Under the pieces are notes generated by a model. The model was not told the origin of the DNA, did no database searches, and saw only the letters and a program-made list of their open reading frames with translations. From the IMG/VR virus record IMGVR_UViG_3300045988_087402: 64,000 nt of DNA. The stretch is one strand, 5' to 3'. The position numbers were made by a program, and so were the translations under genes. This document shows, piece by piece, positions 26,451 to 36,795 of the stretch (the stretch's first letter is position 1; every line of letters begins with the position of its first letter). Source of the stretch: a virus.

Positions 26451-27539
26451 ATGTATAATACGATAAAAGAACTTCATATAGAAATAGAACAACGTATTAG
26501 TGAAATTACCTCTAATCGTCATCGTTCTATTGCTCCGGAATGGATAGATATGGTTCTTAATCGTTGTGCTATAAAATATATTGAATCTATTGTTAGTAGA
26601 AAAACTAATTATAAAAGAGAGGGATTTGAAGATACTATAAAGAGAGCTGATGATTTAAAATCTCTTAAACGAACTACTGGTTGGGAAGAGGTTGTAATAG
26701 ATGATGAAAATCTTTATGGACATGTTCTTCTTCCGGGTGATTATCTTCATTTAATAAGTTCTGATTCTAAGGTTATATATTCAAAGAATATTAATGATTT
26801 TAAACATACTTCTAAAATAATTATTAGTGGTTGTATAGTAGATTTTTCTAAATTTGATTATTCAACAGCTTCAGATTGGACTAAAGGAGTTGTTACTGTA
26901 AATGTTGGTAGAGATTCTGAATATTCTTTTGACATTACAGATTTAATACCTCTTTTAGTTACTGATGAAGATAATGAAGCTGACTTATTTGAATTTATAA
27001 CTCTGTTTATAGATAGACTTCGAGATTACAAAAATAATGTATATTGGGAATATTTTAACGAACGATATACTAATAAAGGAATTTATTGTTTTACTAACGA
27101 CCAAAATCCTGAAATAAAAGTTGAATTTACTACTTCATCTGGAACAGATAGTTTTGGTATAACTTGCGATACAAGTCTTTCTGTAGGAGGTGACAGATTT
27201 ATGGTTGAAGATACAAATTATATTCGTGGTAATGATGTAATTCCTTCAGAAGATATTAGTACAACATTAACAAATTATTATCTAAATAAGAATAGACATT
27301 TAAATCCTATTACTGAATTACTTCCGGATAGATTAAATGTTTATTATGGTAATAATCATATTGTAAAAGCAGTTAATATTAATTATATTAAGAAACCTAA
27401 ACCTTTTAGTTCTTTTATAAATCAAATGAGTGATTTAACTATTACTCCCGGATTTATGGATTTAGTTGTTTCTGAAATGTTACTTATACTTAAAGATAAT
27501 TCTTATAATGTAGTTAAACAACAATCTAATATTGAATAA
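26451..27539 (+). CDS. Hypothetical virion protein
   Basis: 362-aa ORF with 5-nt spacing. Confidence 0.4.
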   Translation: MYNTIKELHIEIEQRISEITSNRHRSIAPEWIDMVLNRCAIKYIESIVSRKTNYKREGFEDTIKRADDLKSLKRTTGWEEVVIDDENLYGHVLLPGDYLHLISSDSKVIYSKNINDFKHTSKIIISGCIVDFSKFDYSTASDWTKGVVTVNVGRDSEYSFDITDLIPLLVTDEDNEADLFEFITLFIDRLRDYKNNVYWEYFNERYTNKGIYCFTNDQNPEIKVEFTTSSGTDSFGITCDTSLSVGGDRFMVEDTNYIRGNDVIPSEDISTTLTNYYLNKNRHLNPITELLPDRLNVYYGNNHIVKAVNINYIKKPKPFSSFINQMSDLTITPGFMDLVVSEMLLILKDNSYNVVKQQSNIE

Positions 27540-27542
27540 AAT

Positions 27543-28436
27543 ATGAATAGTGTTATTGCTGGTTCGAGCTTTGTTACTTCTGGAGAAGTTAACAGTTTAG
27601 CTAAAGGTGCTATTGCATTAAGACGTTCTGACGGTAAGTTAGTAACAGCTGCCGCGGATGTTACAAAAGGACACATGTATCAGTTTGTAGTTGGTCTTGG
27701 AAATGGTAATATAAAAGAGGGTGTTTGGTTGAATCCTATTCGTTCTACTTTACATAAGGCAGCTTATAAAGCTCCAGCTGCTAAAACTATTACTTTTTCT
27801 GATGTAGCTATTACAATAGGTGACGCTTATGCGGGATGTGAAATTGCTATTGTAATTACTACTATTCCTAAGAATAGTTTTATGGCTGATAAATCTTTAG
27901 TTTCTACTGCTATAATTAGTCTTGCTCCGGGTGAAACTGAAGTTCAAGCTAAAGCTCGTATTAAAACTGAATTAGATAAATTGATATCTCGTTTAAATAA
28001 TATTTACGGAGATGGTTCTTTAACAGCTACTCCAGCTGATGGTACAACTATTGATGATTCTCTTGTTATTACTGGTAAAGCCGGATTTTGGTTTGAAGTT
28101 GGATTAGAAGGTCTTATAAGTGGTACCAAAACGGATAATGGTGTTGATATAATTGGTAATGGTACTTCTGCTTTTGTAGCAGCTTTAGAGAAGAATGAAG
28201 ATGTTGCTAAAGTTGGATATAATCCTAACTTTATACAGGCTTATACTCCTTATGGAGATATATTTACAACAGATATGTCAAAAACTTATAATACTTATGT
28301 TATTCATAGTCGTTCTGAACGAAATCATGTTTTTGATATAAATACTCTCGGTATGGAAGTTGTACAGTATATAGCTTTTGATAGTACAGGAACTGCTACA
28401 ACTTTAGAAGCTGTATTAGCCGCTTTGATAGTTTAG
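27543..28436 (+). CDS. Hypothetical virion protein (Ala/Gly/Thr-rich, beta-rich appearance)
   Basis: 297-aa ORF. Its composition is unlike the surrounding N/K-rich proteins. Confidence 0.4.
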   Translation: MNSVIAGSSFVTSGEVNSLAKGAIALRRSDGKLVTAAADVTKGHMYQFVVGLGNGNIKEGVWLNPIRSTLHKAAYKAPAAKTITFSDVAITIGDAYAGCEIAIVITTIPKNSFMADKSLVSTAIISLAPGETEVQAKARIKTELDKLISRLNNIYGDGSLTATPADGTTIDDSLVITGKAGFWFEVGLEGLISGTKTDNGVDIIGNGTSAFVAALEKNEDVAKVGYNPNFIQAYTPYGDIFTTDMSKTYNTYVIHSRSERNHVFDINTLGMEVVQYIAFDSTGTATTLEAVLAALIV

Positions 28437-28581
28437 CAGAACCTGTTGTAAGTGGAGATTAATATTGTATTTCATATACGATGTTTACATAAATAATAAA
28501 TATTGTATTTACTATGATAGGTCGTTGTATTATAATTTATTATAGTATAACGGCCTATTTTTAATATATTAAATATGTATT

Positions 28582-29022
28582 ATGCAATTTGGAAATAGAA
28601 ATATAATTAACGCAAGAGATATCTCGTATGATGATGCTGTAATTAAATTATCAGAAGGGCAGTCTAATGCTAAATTACAACCTTTATTAGAAGCTATAGT
28701 TTCTGTATTATTTGAACTTCAAAATCGTGTTAAAACACTTGAAGATAAAGTTTCTTCTATAGAAAAAAATATTGAAAGATTAAGAGCTGATATTGGTAGT
28801 CTGGATGCTCGTATTGCTGGTCAAGAAAGTACTATTAATATTATAAATGAAAACCTAAATAGAATTAATAGTGATATAACATCTTTAGAAACAAAAACCA
28901 CAAGTTTACAAAGTTTTATAGAAACTAATACAAATGATATAGCTACTATAAATAATGAAATTGATGATTTACAAGGTAGAGTTACTATTTTAGAAGGTGG
29001 TACATCAGGTGGAGCTAATTAA
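28582..29022 (+). CDS. Trimeric coiled-coil fibre-like protein (head-fibre/fibritin-like candidate)
   Basis: Continuous heptad pattern (LEDKVSSIEKNIERLRADIGSLDARIAGQES...LQGRVTILEGG). Confidence 0.4.
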   Translation: MQFGNRNIINARDISYDDAVIKLSEGQSNAKLQPLLEAIVSVLFELQNRVKTLEDKVSSIEKNIERLRADIGSLDARIAGQESTINIINENLNRINSDITSLETKTTSLQSFIETNTNDIATINNEIDDLQGRVTILEGGTSGGAN

Positions 29023-29034
29023 TATATTAAAACT

Positions 29035-31395
29035 ATGATATATAATCTTCAAAATATAATTCCATTAGGAGTTCTTGATTATGGAATATATCCTAATAAA
29101 GATAGACGTCCGATAATATATTTATATTATCGTCCTAATGGAGATTTGATGATGTATCGTACAAAAGATGAAATTGAAGTTAATTTAACTAATAGTTCAT
29201 CTTACGATACTAATATTTTATTTAGAGTTACTGATAAAGATTCTATATTTGATAATGATATTACTTGTTTTGAATCTCGTCCTATAGATGTTGATAAAGC
29301 TACATATAAATTTGAATATGTAAAAGATAAAAGTGGTTATATTTATATTCTTGTACCTGCTATTTATAATACACATTCTATATTTATAAATAATGAAGAT
29401 GCTACAGATTTATTTAGTTTTGAAGGAGTTTATGAACATGTAATAGAACATATTCGTGATAAAGAATATAGATATTATTATGTTTATAGAACTACTAATA
29501 AACGAGATATAACAGATGATTTAACTGTAACATTATTAATTAATAGAATTACTGAAAATGAAGTAAGTCTTATAGTTAAACATATTAATGATTTTAATGA
29601 CCCGCATCATACTATAGATAAGATTCTATCAATGAATCTTTTTTCTGCTATAAATTGGCAAGAATTACCGGGTAATCCAACTGTTATAAATTTAGATATA
29701 ATACGTGGTACGGAAGAACAAATAAATAATGTACCTTTAAGGGATAAACAATTTCTTTTTGATACAACTAATAGAATCTTTTATGTAGATAGTGCTACAG
29801 AACGTATTCCGTATGGTAATTATAAAGAGATTGATACTACTGGATTTATAAGGTCGTCTCAAATAACACGTATAGAATTTGTAGATAGCGGATATGTTCC
29901 TCAACAGGATGATTTTATATTATATCTTGAAATACCGGGTTATCCTACTATAACAGTTGATATACATAATTTATCAATACCTAATACAGGAGGTACTTAT
30001 ACAGTTAATGTATCTTCTAATACTTTTTGGACTGTTTTCGGAGGTGTTTATAATACTTCTTCTGGAAATTATGAATTATATTGGTCTTCTAAAAAATCTA
30101 CTATTTTAATAAAACCTTCTAAAACTCCTATACAAAAAGGTTCTTCTTATTATATAGAAGGTGATTGTCGTATGGATATTGTAATAGATAAAAATGATAC
30201 GACAAATTCTTATTCAAATGTTATTAGTTTTATAACCGAAGATTATGGTGTTAAAGCTAATGTAGATTTAACTCAAGAAGCAGGTGAAGAACCGGAACCT
30301 GAATATTATCTTTATATAAATTTGGCAACTATTGATGTTACTGATTCTGCAAAATCTATAGTTGTTAGTACAAATACATCTTTTGAAATAGTTGATTCTT
30401 ATAAAGAGGGAGATTATTATTATATAAATTGGGGTAGTTCTAATACAGATAGGATTCGATTGTATCCGAGTAAACCTGTATTAGAAGGTAGTATGACTTT
30501 TACAATAGATTCTAATCCTAATACGGAAGAAAATGATAGAAGTAAAACTATTAGATTCCGTACTATTGTAGATGATTCTATATATAGAACACTTAAAGTT
30601 AATCAATATTATGAAGCTCCTACTTTATATCTTAATGTTCAACCTAAAAGTTTAAATTATACTTCTGATGGTAGTACGCAATCTGTAAATGTATCTTCTA
30701 ATACTGATTGGACAATTCTTAATTCTATATTTGAATCTCCTAATAAATTTACAATTAATCAAACTTCTACTGGAAATAAAATAACTATTATATCTAATGT
30801 TAATCCTGTTAATTCTGAAGGAAAATATTATATTAATGGAGATGCTAAACTTCAAGTTACTGTTCCTGCTACAGAAAATAATTCTGATACAGTAACTAAT
30901 GTAGAAATTAAATCTAAAGATAATACACTAACTGATAATTTTGGTATAAATCAGTCTGGTAAAACTATTGAATATTATATTAGAGCTACTCCTACTGATA
31001 TAGAATTAACAGATACTAATAATCGTACTATTACAATAAGTAGTAATGCTTCTTGGAAAATAAGTGATATATATGATTTTGTTAAACAGGATGATGGTAC
31101 TTATAAATATGATTTAGATGCTGTAGAAGGAGCTTCTTTAATTATTACTCCGAGTAAAGAAGATTTATCTGGTAATATGACTCTTCAAATTAAATCTACA
31201 GTTAAAAGTTCGGGTCTTAATGCTACATCTCTCGGTTTAACATTTGAATTAATAAATGATAGTTCTAAGAAAGCTGTTGTCGATGTATCATTTAATATGG
31301 AAGATGAACCAGAACCTCCTATGTTAGATGGTATAGATTATATGCAAATTGAAGGTGATGGTATTGAACATCCTATATTTAGAGTAGCTGATTAA
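29035..31395 (+). CDS. Large protein with multiple BACON-like / Ig-like repeats
   Basis: Recurrent VNVSSNTxWT motifs (NVSSNTFWTV, VNVSSNTDWTI, ITISSNASWKI). These are characteristic of BACON domains of Bacteroidetes and crAss-like phages. Confidence 0.5.
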   Translation: MIYNLQNIIPLGVLDYGIYPNKDRRPIIYLYYRPNGDLMMYRTKDEIEVNLTNSSSYDTNILFRVTDKDSIFDNDITCFESRPIDVDKATYKFEYVKDKSGYIYILVPAIYNTHSIFINNEDATDLFSFEGVYEHVIEHIRDKEYRYYYVYRTTNKRDITDDLTVTLLINRITENEVSLIVKHINDFNDPHHTIDKILSMNLFSAINWQELPGNPTVINLDIIRGTEEQINNVPLRDKQFLFDTTNRIFYVDSATERIPYGNYKEIDTTGFIRSSQITRIEFVDSGYVPQQDDFILYLEIPGYPTITVDIHNLSIPNTGGTYTVNVSSNTFWTVFGGVYNTSSGNYELYWSSKKSTILIKPSKTPIQKGSSYYIEGDCRMDIVIDKNDTTNSYSNVISFITEDYGVKANVDLTQEAGEEPEPEYYLYINLATIDVTDSAKSIVVSTNTSFEIVDSYKEGDYYYINWGSSNTDRIRLYPSKPVLEGSMTFTIDSNPNTEENDRSKTIRFRTIVDDSIYRTLKVNQYYEAPTLYLNVQPKSLNYTSDGSTQSVNVSSNTDWTILNSIFESPNKFTINQTSTGNKITIISNVNPVNSEGKYYINGDAKLQVTVPATENNSDTVTNVEIKSKDNTLTDNFGINQSGKTIEYYIRATPTDIELTDTNNRTITISSNASWKISDIYDFVKQDDGTYKYDLDAVEGASLIITPSKEDLSGNMTLQIKSTVKSSGLNATSLGLTFELINDSSKKAVVDVSFNMEDEPEPPMLDGIDYMQIEGDGIEHPIFRVAD

Positions 31396-31407
31396 ATTAT
31401 TAATATT

Positions 31408-31620
31408 ATGTATTCAATAGATATTTCCAAAGTTACAGCTATACATTTCAATAAACAAGATGTTATTCGTGTATGGTTTAATGGGGAAATAGTTTGGGAT
31501 AAATTTCGTAGTGGAGTTTATCTTCGGGCTTCTCCTACTAATATTCTTCTCAGTGAAGAAAATGATTATAAAGCTAATGTTGATATAGAATCTAATACAA
31601 ATTGGACGTTTAACGATTAA
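31408..31620 (+). CDS. Small BACON-like domain protein
   Basis: Ends ...VDIESNTNWTFND. Confidence 0.4.
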   Translation: MYSIDISKVTAIHFNKQDVIRVWFNGEIVWDKFRSGVYLRASPTNILLSEENDYKANVDIESNTNWTFND

Positions 31621-31630
31621 AAAAAAAATT

Positions 31631-32266
31631 ATGGCAATTCCGAGTAATCTTACTGTAACACCTTTTGAAGGTAATGGTAATACCACTATAAGTATTACTT
31701 CTAAAACAAAACCTACAGGTCGTAATAATGTAACACGTAGTATAACGGGTAAAATTGTAGGGCAATCTAATAGTGTTACAATTAATGTTACAGAAAAAGG
31801 TAAAGCTGAATTTGTTACTTTTTCTGGAAAAGATAAAACAGTACATGTTGGAGAAAACGGTGAAACTATTGAAATAACTGGTACTTCTAATAGTTCAAAA
31901 CTGACTTTTTCTTGGAGTACCAATAAAATTGGTATTCCGAATGTAACTTCGTTTACAGTAAATAGTGATACTTCTGCTACAAGTGGTACTGCTATTAAAG
32001 GAGACCCTGGTGCAACAGCTCAATATACATTTAAAGTTTCTATAGTTGTTCCCAAAAATAATACAACTGATAATAGAGATTCTGTTTTAAAAGTTACTTG
32101 TAATACAACTTCTATAACAGACAATTTTACTATAAGTCAGATGGCAGGTGCAGCTTATCTGTATTTAAATTCAACAGGAACTACCACAGCTTCTATTACA
32201 ATTCCTCAAGAAGGTACTTCACAAACTGTCAATGTATTATCTAATACAAATTGGACATTTGAATAA
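31631..32266 (+). CDS. BACON/Ig-like repeat protein
   Basis: Ends ...NVLSNTNWTFE and has a T/S/N-rich beta-like sequence. Confidence 0.45.
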   Translation: MAIPSNLTVTPFEGNGNTTISITSKTKPTGRNNVTRSITGKIVGQSNSVTINVTEKGKAEFVTFSGKDKTVHVGENGETIEITGTSNSSKLTFSWSTNKIGIPNVTSFTVNSDTSATSGTAIKGDPGATAQYTFKVSIVVPKNNTTDNRDSVLKVTCNTTSITDNFTISQMAGAAYLYLNSTGTTTASITIPQEGTSQTVNVLSNTNWTFE

Positions 32267-32275
32267 TAAACTATT

Positions 32276-32992
32276 ATGACAGGTGTTGTTAATATAAATT
32301 ATGAAAATGCAAATGATTATTTAACTGGTAATTATCATACTATAAAATATAATAAAATAGTATTAAAACTTTCGGGAGTTAGTGCTTTAATTAATGTTAA
32401 TGCTTATATAAATCTAAATACATCTGCTTTAAATCTAACTTCCGGAGAAAAGTTCTATGTAGCTATTAAGTTTTATAGTATACTTACAACAAGACGTGTA
32501 ACTCTTACACATAATAAAACATCAAGTAATATAGATAATATAAGAGTTCCATATATTGTATATAATAATTCTTTGAGTTGTTTTTATTGTACAGCTTATA
32601 ATTCTACATCACAATCTATTTGTATTAATAATTTAGGACAACAAATTCCTCACCCGGATGATACATCTAATAGTAAAATGTATGTTTATATTGATTCAAT
32701 AACGGTTTATAGTCAAGCTACATTTGAAAATAAATATAAACAATATCTTTGGTATCCGGATGAATCTACACAATCTTCTAAATATAGAAATATGTTATAT
32801 ATCGGATATAAATCTGGAAATGGAGATGCTATAGAAAATATAATATGTTCTGATAATGATAGTATACAAGATAGAACTATGACTTTAAAAATTAAAACTA
32901 CAGATGGAACTATAACTCGTACTATTACAATTAATCAACCTTTTACAGGAATAGGTAGGCTAAAAATAGGTACAAATTTTATAATAAGATAA
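32276..32992 (+). CDS. Hypothetical virion protein
   Basis: 238-aa ORF. Confidence 0.4.
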   Translation: MTGVVNINYENANDYLTGNYHTIKYNKIVLKLSGVSALINVNAYINLNTSALNLTSGEKFYVAIKFYSILTTRRVTLTHNKTSSNIDNIRVPYIVYNNSLSCFYCTAYNSTSQSICINNLGQQIPHPDDTSNSKMYVYIDSITVYSQATFENKYKQYLWYPDESTQSSKYRNMLYIGYKSGNGDAIENIICSDNDSIQDRTMTLKIKTTDGTITRTITINQPFTGIGRLKIGTNFIIR

Positions 32993-33004
32993 AATGAATT
33001 TGAT

Positions 33005-33523
33005 ATGTCACAAAAAAATAAAAGCGATTTAAAAAAAATGTTTGTTTCTCAAGCTATTCCAACAGAATCTAATTTTTCTGATTTAATAGATAGCGTACAA
33101 GCTACATTAGTGGCTAATGGAAATATTAAATTAAGTAATAGAAGTAATGGTTCAGTAGAAATTAGTGCAGAAATCCCGGAACCGGAACCTGTAATTCCTA
33201 AATTTATTAATCAATTTCTTATTAATGGGCCTACTCCTATTTATGATGGTGATGGAGTTCCATTTTTTATACAATCGGCTATTGACCTAACTATTGCATT
33301 ACAAAGTACAATTCATTATAAAAATCTTCCCGACGGCTCTATTGTACTTCTTGTAAATAGTGGTAAAACAAATAGTCAATGTGCAATTAATATAGATAAT
33401 ACAATATATCAATCTTCAAGTAATGATTTTCTTTGTGTAGTCTTATTAGTTGTTCATCGTAATTCAAGTGGTAGTACACAAGATTTTGTACATCAAGTAA
33501 TAATAGGTGAAAAATTAAAATAA
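33005..33523 (+). CDS. Fibre/receptor-binding-like protein, paralog A (conserved N-terminal module, divergent C-terminus)
   Basis: The N-terminus ...LKKMFVSQAIPTESNFSDLIDSVQATLVANGNIKLSNRSNGSVEI is closely similar to the N-terminus of the next gene. Confidence 0.45.
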   Translation: MSQKNKSDLKKMFVSQAIPTESNFSDLIDSVQATLVANGNIKLSNRSNGSVEISAEIPEPEPVIPKFINQFLINGPTPIYDGDGVPFFIQSAIDLTIALQSTIHYKNLPDGSIVLLVNSGKTNSQCAINIDNTIYQSSSNDFLCVVLLVVHRNSSGSTQDFVHQVIIGEKLK

Positions 33524-33525
33524 TT

Positions 33526-34065
33526 ATGGCACAAGTAACTAAGACAGTATTAAAGACTTATTTTAATACAGGAGATTTACCAACAGAATCTAATTTTATA
33601 GATTTAATAGATAGCTCACAATCTACTTTAGTAGCAGGTGATAATATTTCTTTAACTTCTCAGAGTAACGGTAGTGTTAAGATTGATGCAAACGTTAGTA
33701 ATAACGGAATTATTACTACTTTTAATAATAGTAATGAATTAGCTACTGTTTTAAAATCATTTACAAATAATTCTACTCCGGGTATTGCAGTATATATTCC
33801 TGTAAATGGTTCTTCGTACATCGGAACTTGGGATTTTAGTGATTTGACAGCACCTTTAGGAACAATTGTTATAATACAAGAAACCCGAAATGCTATAGCA
33901 AATCCGGGACTTACATTAAATGGATTGGGTATTATTAAGAGAACCCAACGTTTATTATCCGTTAAAATTAGTTCTATATCCACTATGGCAGCTGCTATTA
34001 TAATTAGAACTTTTCGAGCATGGGAAATTGTAGGTAGCGTTGGAGAAGTACAAGCCGCTAATTAA
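33526..34065 (+). CDS. Fibre/receptor-binding-like protein, paralog B
   Basis: The N-terminus ...LKTYFNTGDLPTESNFIDLIDSSQSTLVAGDNISLTSQSNGSVKI parallels 33005-33523. The C-terminal halves are unrelated. Confidence 0.45.
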   Translation: MAQVTKTVLKTYFNTGDLPTESNFIDLIDSSQSTLVAGDNISLTSQSNGSVKIDANVSNNGIITTFNNSNELATVLKSFTNNSTPGIAVYIPVNGSSYIGTWDFSDLTAPLGTIVIIQETRNAIANPGLTLNGLGIIKRTQRLLSVKISSISTMAAAIIIRTFRAWEIVGSVGEVQAAN

Positions 34066-34075
34066 ATTGATTATC

Positions 34076-34113
34076 GAAGTGGAGGATTTAATAGTCCTCC
34101 ACTTCTTTATAAA
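34076..34113 (+). terminator. Intrinsic terminator with a perfect 11-bp stem GAAGTGGAGGA / TCCTCCACTTC, an 8-nt loop and a T-rich tail
   Basis: Direct reading. Located 11 nt after the stop of 33526-34065. Confidence 0.6.
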
Positions 34114-34180
34114 TTATTTCTTTGGCTAATTAAATAATAATCGTATATTTATACCAACACCTAATTATTCTATCGGATTT

Positions 34181-34501
34181 ATGGATACAATAGAAACTTT
34201 TATTTCTCCTTTCTATATTATTTCTAATAATCTTATAATTTATATTATTATAAATAATATAGAATATTATATAAAAAATGTTAAACATAAAGATTATCTA
34301 AAAACTGTTTATAAAAAGATAATAACTATTATAATTTCTATTATTACAAGTATTATAGCTGTTATTATATTCGATAAAGATTTAGAAGCTATTGTTACTT
34401 CCGCTTTATTAAGTATTGTATTTTATGATTATATTGTTAAGTATATTATTAAAGGTGTAAAAAACAAAACTTCTAAATATAATAAGAATGGTGATAAGTG
34501 A
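34181..34501 (+). CDS. Small membrane protein
   Basis: 106 aa and hydrophobic (IITIIISIITSIIAVIIF). Confidence 0.35.
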   Translation: MDTIETFISPFYIISNNLIIYIIINNIEYYIKNVKHKDYLKTVYKKIITIIISIITSIIAVIIFDKDLEAIVTSALLSIVFYDYIVKYIIKGVKNKTSKYNKNGDK

Positions 34502-35084
34502 TGTTATTATAGTAGCTATTATTACAGGTTGTTTTATGTTAGCTAATACATATCTTAGTAAAGAACATAAAAGTAAACGTAGTAGAATATCTAAATTAGA
34601 TAAGAGTTTATATTATATAGAATTAGATAAGATTTGTTTTAATATAAGAAATGCTTTAAAATGTGACGGAGTTTATATAGCTTATTTCCATAATGGCGGT
34701 AACTTTATAAATGGAATATCTATGGATAAATATAGTGTAGTAGGTGAGGATTATTCTCCTAATTTAAATTCTTATAAAGCTATATATAAAGATAAATTAG
34801 TTAATAATTTTCCTTATTTATTTCATAATTTAATTGTAGCTAATAGACATTGTATAACTTCTACTAAAGATTATACTTTTCATGATAAGATGTATCGTGA
34901 TGAATTAAATAATAGAAATATTAATTCCGCTTATAGTTATTTAATTAAAGACCCTATTAAGAAAACACCTATCGGTTTTGTTTCTTTAGAATATATTCAA
35001 AATGTTACATTAAATGAAACTGATGAAAGATTTATATGGAAGTATCAAAATGATATAGCGAATATTCTTAATATGGGTAAGTAA
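34488..35084 (+). CDS. Hypothetical protein (N-terminal TM)
   Basis: 198-aa ORF with overlap coupling. Confidence 0.4.
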   Translation: MVISDVIIVAIITGCFMLANTYLSKEHKSKRSRISKLDKSLYYIELDKICFNIRNALKCDGVYIAYFHNGGNFINGISMDKYSVVGEDYSPNLNSYKAIYKDKLVNNFPYLFHNLIVANRHCITSTKDYTFHDKMYRDELNNRNINSAYSYLIKDPIKKTPIGFVSLEYIQNVTLNETDERFIWKYQNDIANILNMGK

Positions 35085-35102
35085 CAAATTAATAAACAAA
35101 TT

Positions 35103-35795
35103 ATGGCAACTCTTAATCAACTTTCTTCTCGAATAGTTAATATGATTGGACAACCAGACAATCATGAATTACGAGAAAGAGTAAAAGATATGTTTAAAAA
35201 TATATTTGCTAAATATATTAGACAATCTTCTGAAAGACACGGAATAGATGAAATACTTACTTTAAGTTTTATAGCTTCTATAGATGAATTAGATTATGAC
35301 ACAATAAGACCTTCTAAATATAGAATACTTAATAAAAGAAAATTAATAGGAACTGTAAATAAATTACCGGTTCCTATTCGTATTTTTAATGATTCACCAT
35401 ATCTTTATGTAGGAAGTGTTAATGGAGAGGCATACAAATATATAAATAATCCTACAGAACTTGTATTTCAAAATAGTTTATTCCCTCCTAATGAAACTAT
35501 ATGTTATGTTATAGAAAATGGTAGAATATTATTATATAAACCTGATAATAAAAATACTCTTATTGATGATAGACGTTCTATTAATGAAATTATGATTAAA
35601 GCTGTATGGGAGAATCCTGAAGAAATATTAACTATGTTTGAAGATAATGATGGACAAGATATAGAACTTCCATTTCCAAGTGATATGATAGAGACAGCAA
35701 TATTTGAATTATTAAAAGTAGAATTTAATATAATATCTCGTGATAATGATATTAAATTAAAAGAAGATGTAACTTATAAGCAAAATGCTAATTAA
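35103..35795 (+). CDS. Hypothetical virion protein
   Basis: 230-aa ORF. Confidence 0.4.
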   Translation: MATLNQLSSRIVNMIGQPDNHELRERVKDMFKNIFAKYIRQSSERHGIDEILTLSFIASIDELDYDTIRPSKYRILNKRKLIGTVNKLPVPIRIFNDSPYLYVGSVNGEAYKYINNPTELVFQNSLFPPNETICYVIENGRILLYKPDNKNTLIDDRRSINEIMIKAVWENPEEILTMFEDNDGQDIELPFPSDMIETAIFELLKVEFNIISRDNDIKLKEDVTYKQNAN

Positions 35796-35838
35796 AAAGA
35801 TATATAAATTGATTGTAAAAAGAGGGATTAACGAATTT

Positions 35839-35863
35839 CGGAATACCTCTCGCCCTTGTGGCC
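35839..35863 (-). repeat. GC-rich conserved element, copy 5 (reverse orientation), intergenic inside the late arm. Reverse complement: TTTAATGGCCACAAGGGCGAGAGGTATTCCGAAATTCGTTAATC.
   Basis: Shares the core plus the ATTCGTTAATC tail with copy 2. It carries ATG followed by an open 30-codon minus-strand micro-ORF (MATRARGIPKF...). Confidence 0.85.
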
Positions 35864-35931
35864 ATTAAACTGTATTTCAAACTATATAACATACTGTATA
35901 TCCAATTATATTTAATATTATATTTAATACT

Positions 35932-36795
35932 ATGTTTCTAATTAATTCAAAACCCAAAGCTCAAAATAAACTAAAAGGTTCTCAAACTGATTATTTTTAT
36001 AATGATTTTATTTATGAAGCTACTCTCAAATTGGATAGATATATTAGGCATTTACATTTAGCTTATACTAAACGTATAGAATTAATTAATATAATAGATA
36101 AAAATAAAGATTTTTATAATAATATAGGTATTGATATATCTCCTATTTATAATCCAGATTATTTTGGTACTATAAAATATGATAAAAAACAATATAATTC
36201 TAATCTTTTAAAAATGTCTTTTATAAAAAGTTATAACAATATTAATTATTATAAGATACATTTTCTTGATAGAAAGATTAAAACATATAATATAATCAGA
36301 CAGATACCTCGTCAAGTTTATGTTAATCTTCAAAAAGAATATAATTCAGAAGTTGCATCTTTTATATTAAAAGGCAATTCATTTAGTATAGGTAATGGTT
36401 TAGGATGTCTCAAATTAGATGTCTTTAGAAATCCGAGAGGAAATACTTCTAAAACTATTGACTGGAAGTCTTCATTAAAACTTAAAAAAGAACTTGAAGA
36501 TGCGGGTTATGAAGTTATGTCTAAAGATAATCCACATGGTATGCAATATGTTCTTTTTTATGATAATACATATTGTAATACATGGCTTCATTGGGAACGA
36601 CGTAATTCTAAAATTGTTCATAAATGGTATTATAAATTTGTATTCGCACAGAATAATAATTACTCTATAACTGCACTTAAATATAATGATATAGAAGAGA
36701 TATTCAATGATAAACGAATTGGTATAACAGAACGTTTGTCAGCTATTAATATATACTATCCCGAACATATTAAAAAATTAATGAAATATGAATGA
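35932..36795 (+). CDS. Hypothetical virion protein
   Basis: 287-aa ORF. Confidence 0.4.
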   Translation: MFLINSKPKAQNKLKGSQTDYFYNDFIYEATLKLDRYIRHLHLAYTKRIELINIIDKNKDFYNNIGIDISPIYNPDYFGTIKYDKKQYNSNLLKMSFIKSYNNINYYKIHFLDRKIKTYNIIRQIPRQVYVNLQKEYNSEVASFILKGNSFSIGNGLGCLKLDVFRNPRGNTSKTIDWKSSLKLKKELEDAGYEVMSKDNPHGMQYVLFYDNTYCNTWLHWERRNSKIVHKWYYKFVFAQNNNYSITALKYNDIEEIFNDKRIGITERLSAINIYYPEHIKKLMKYE

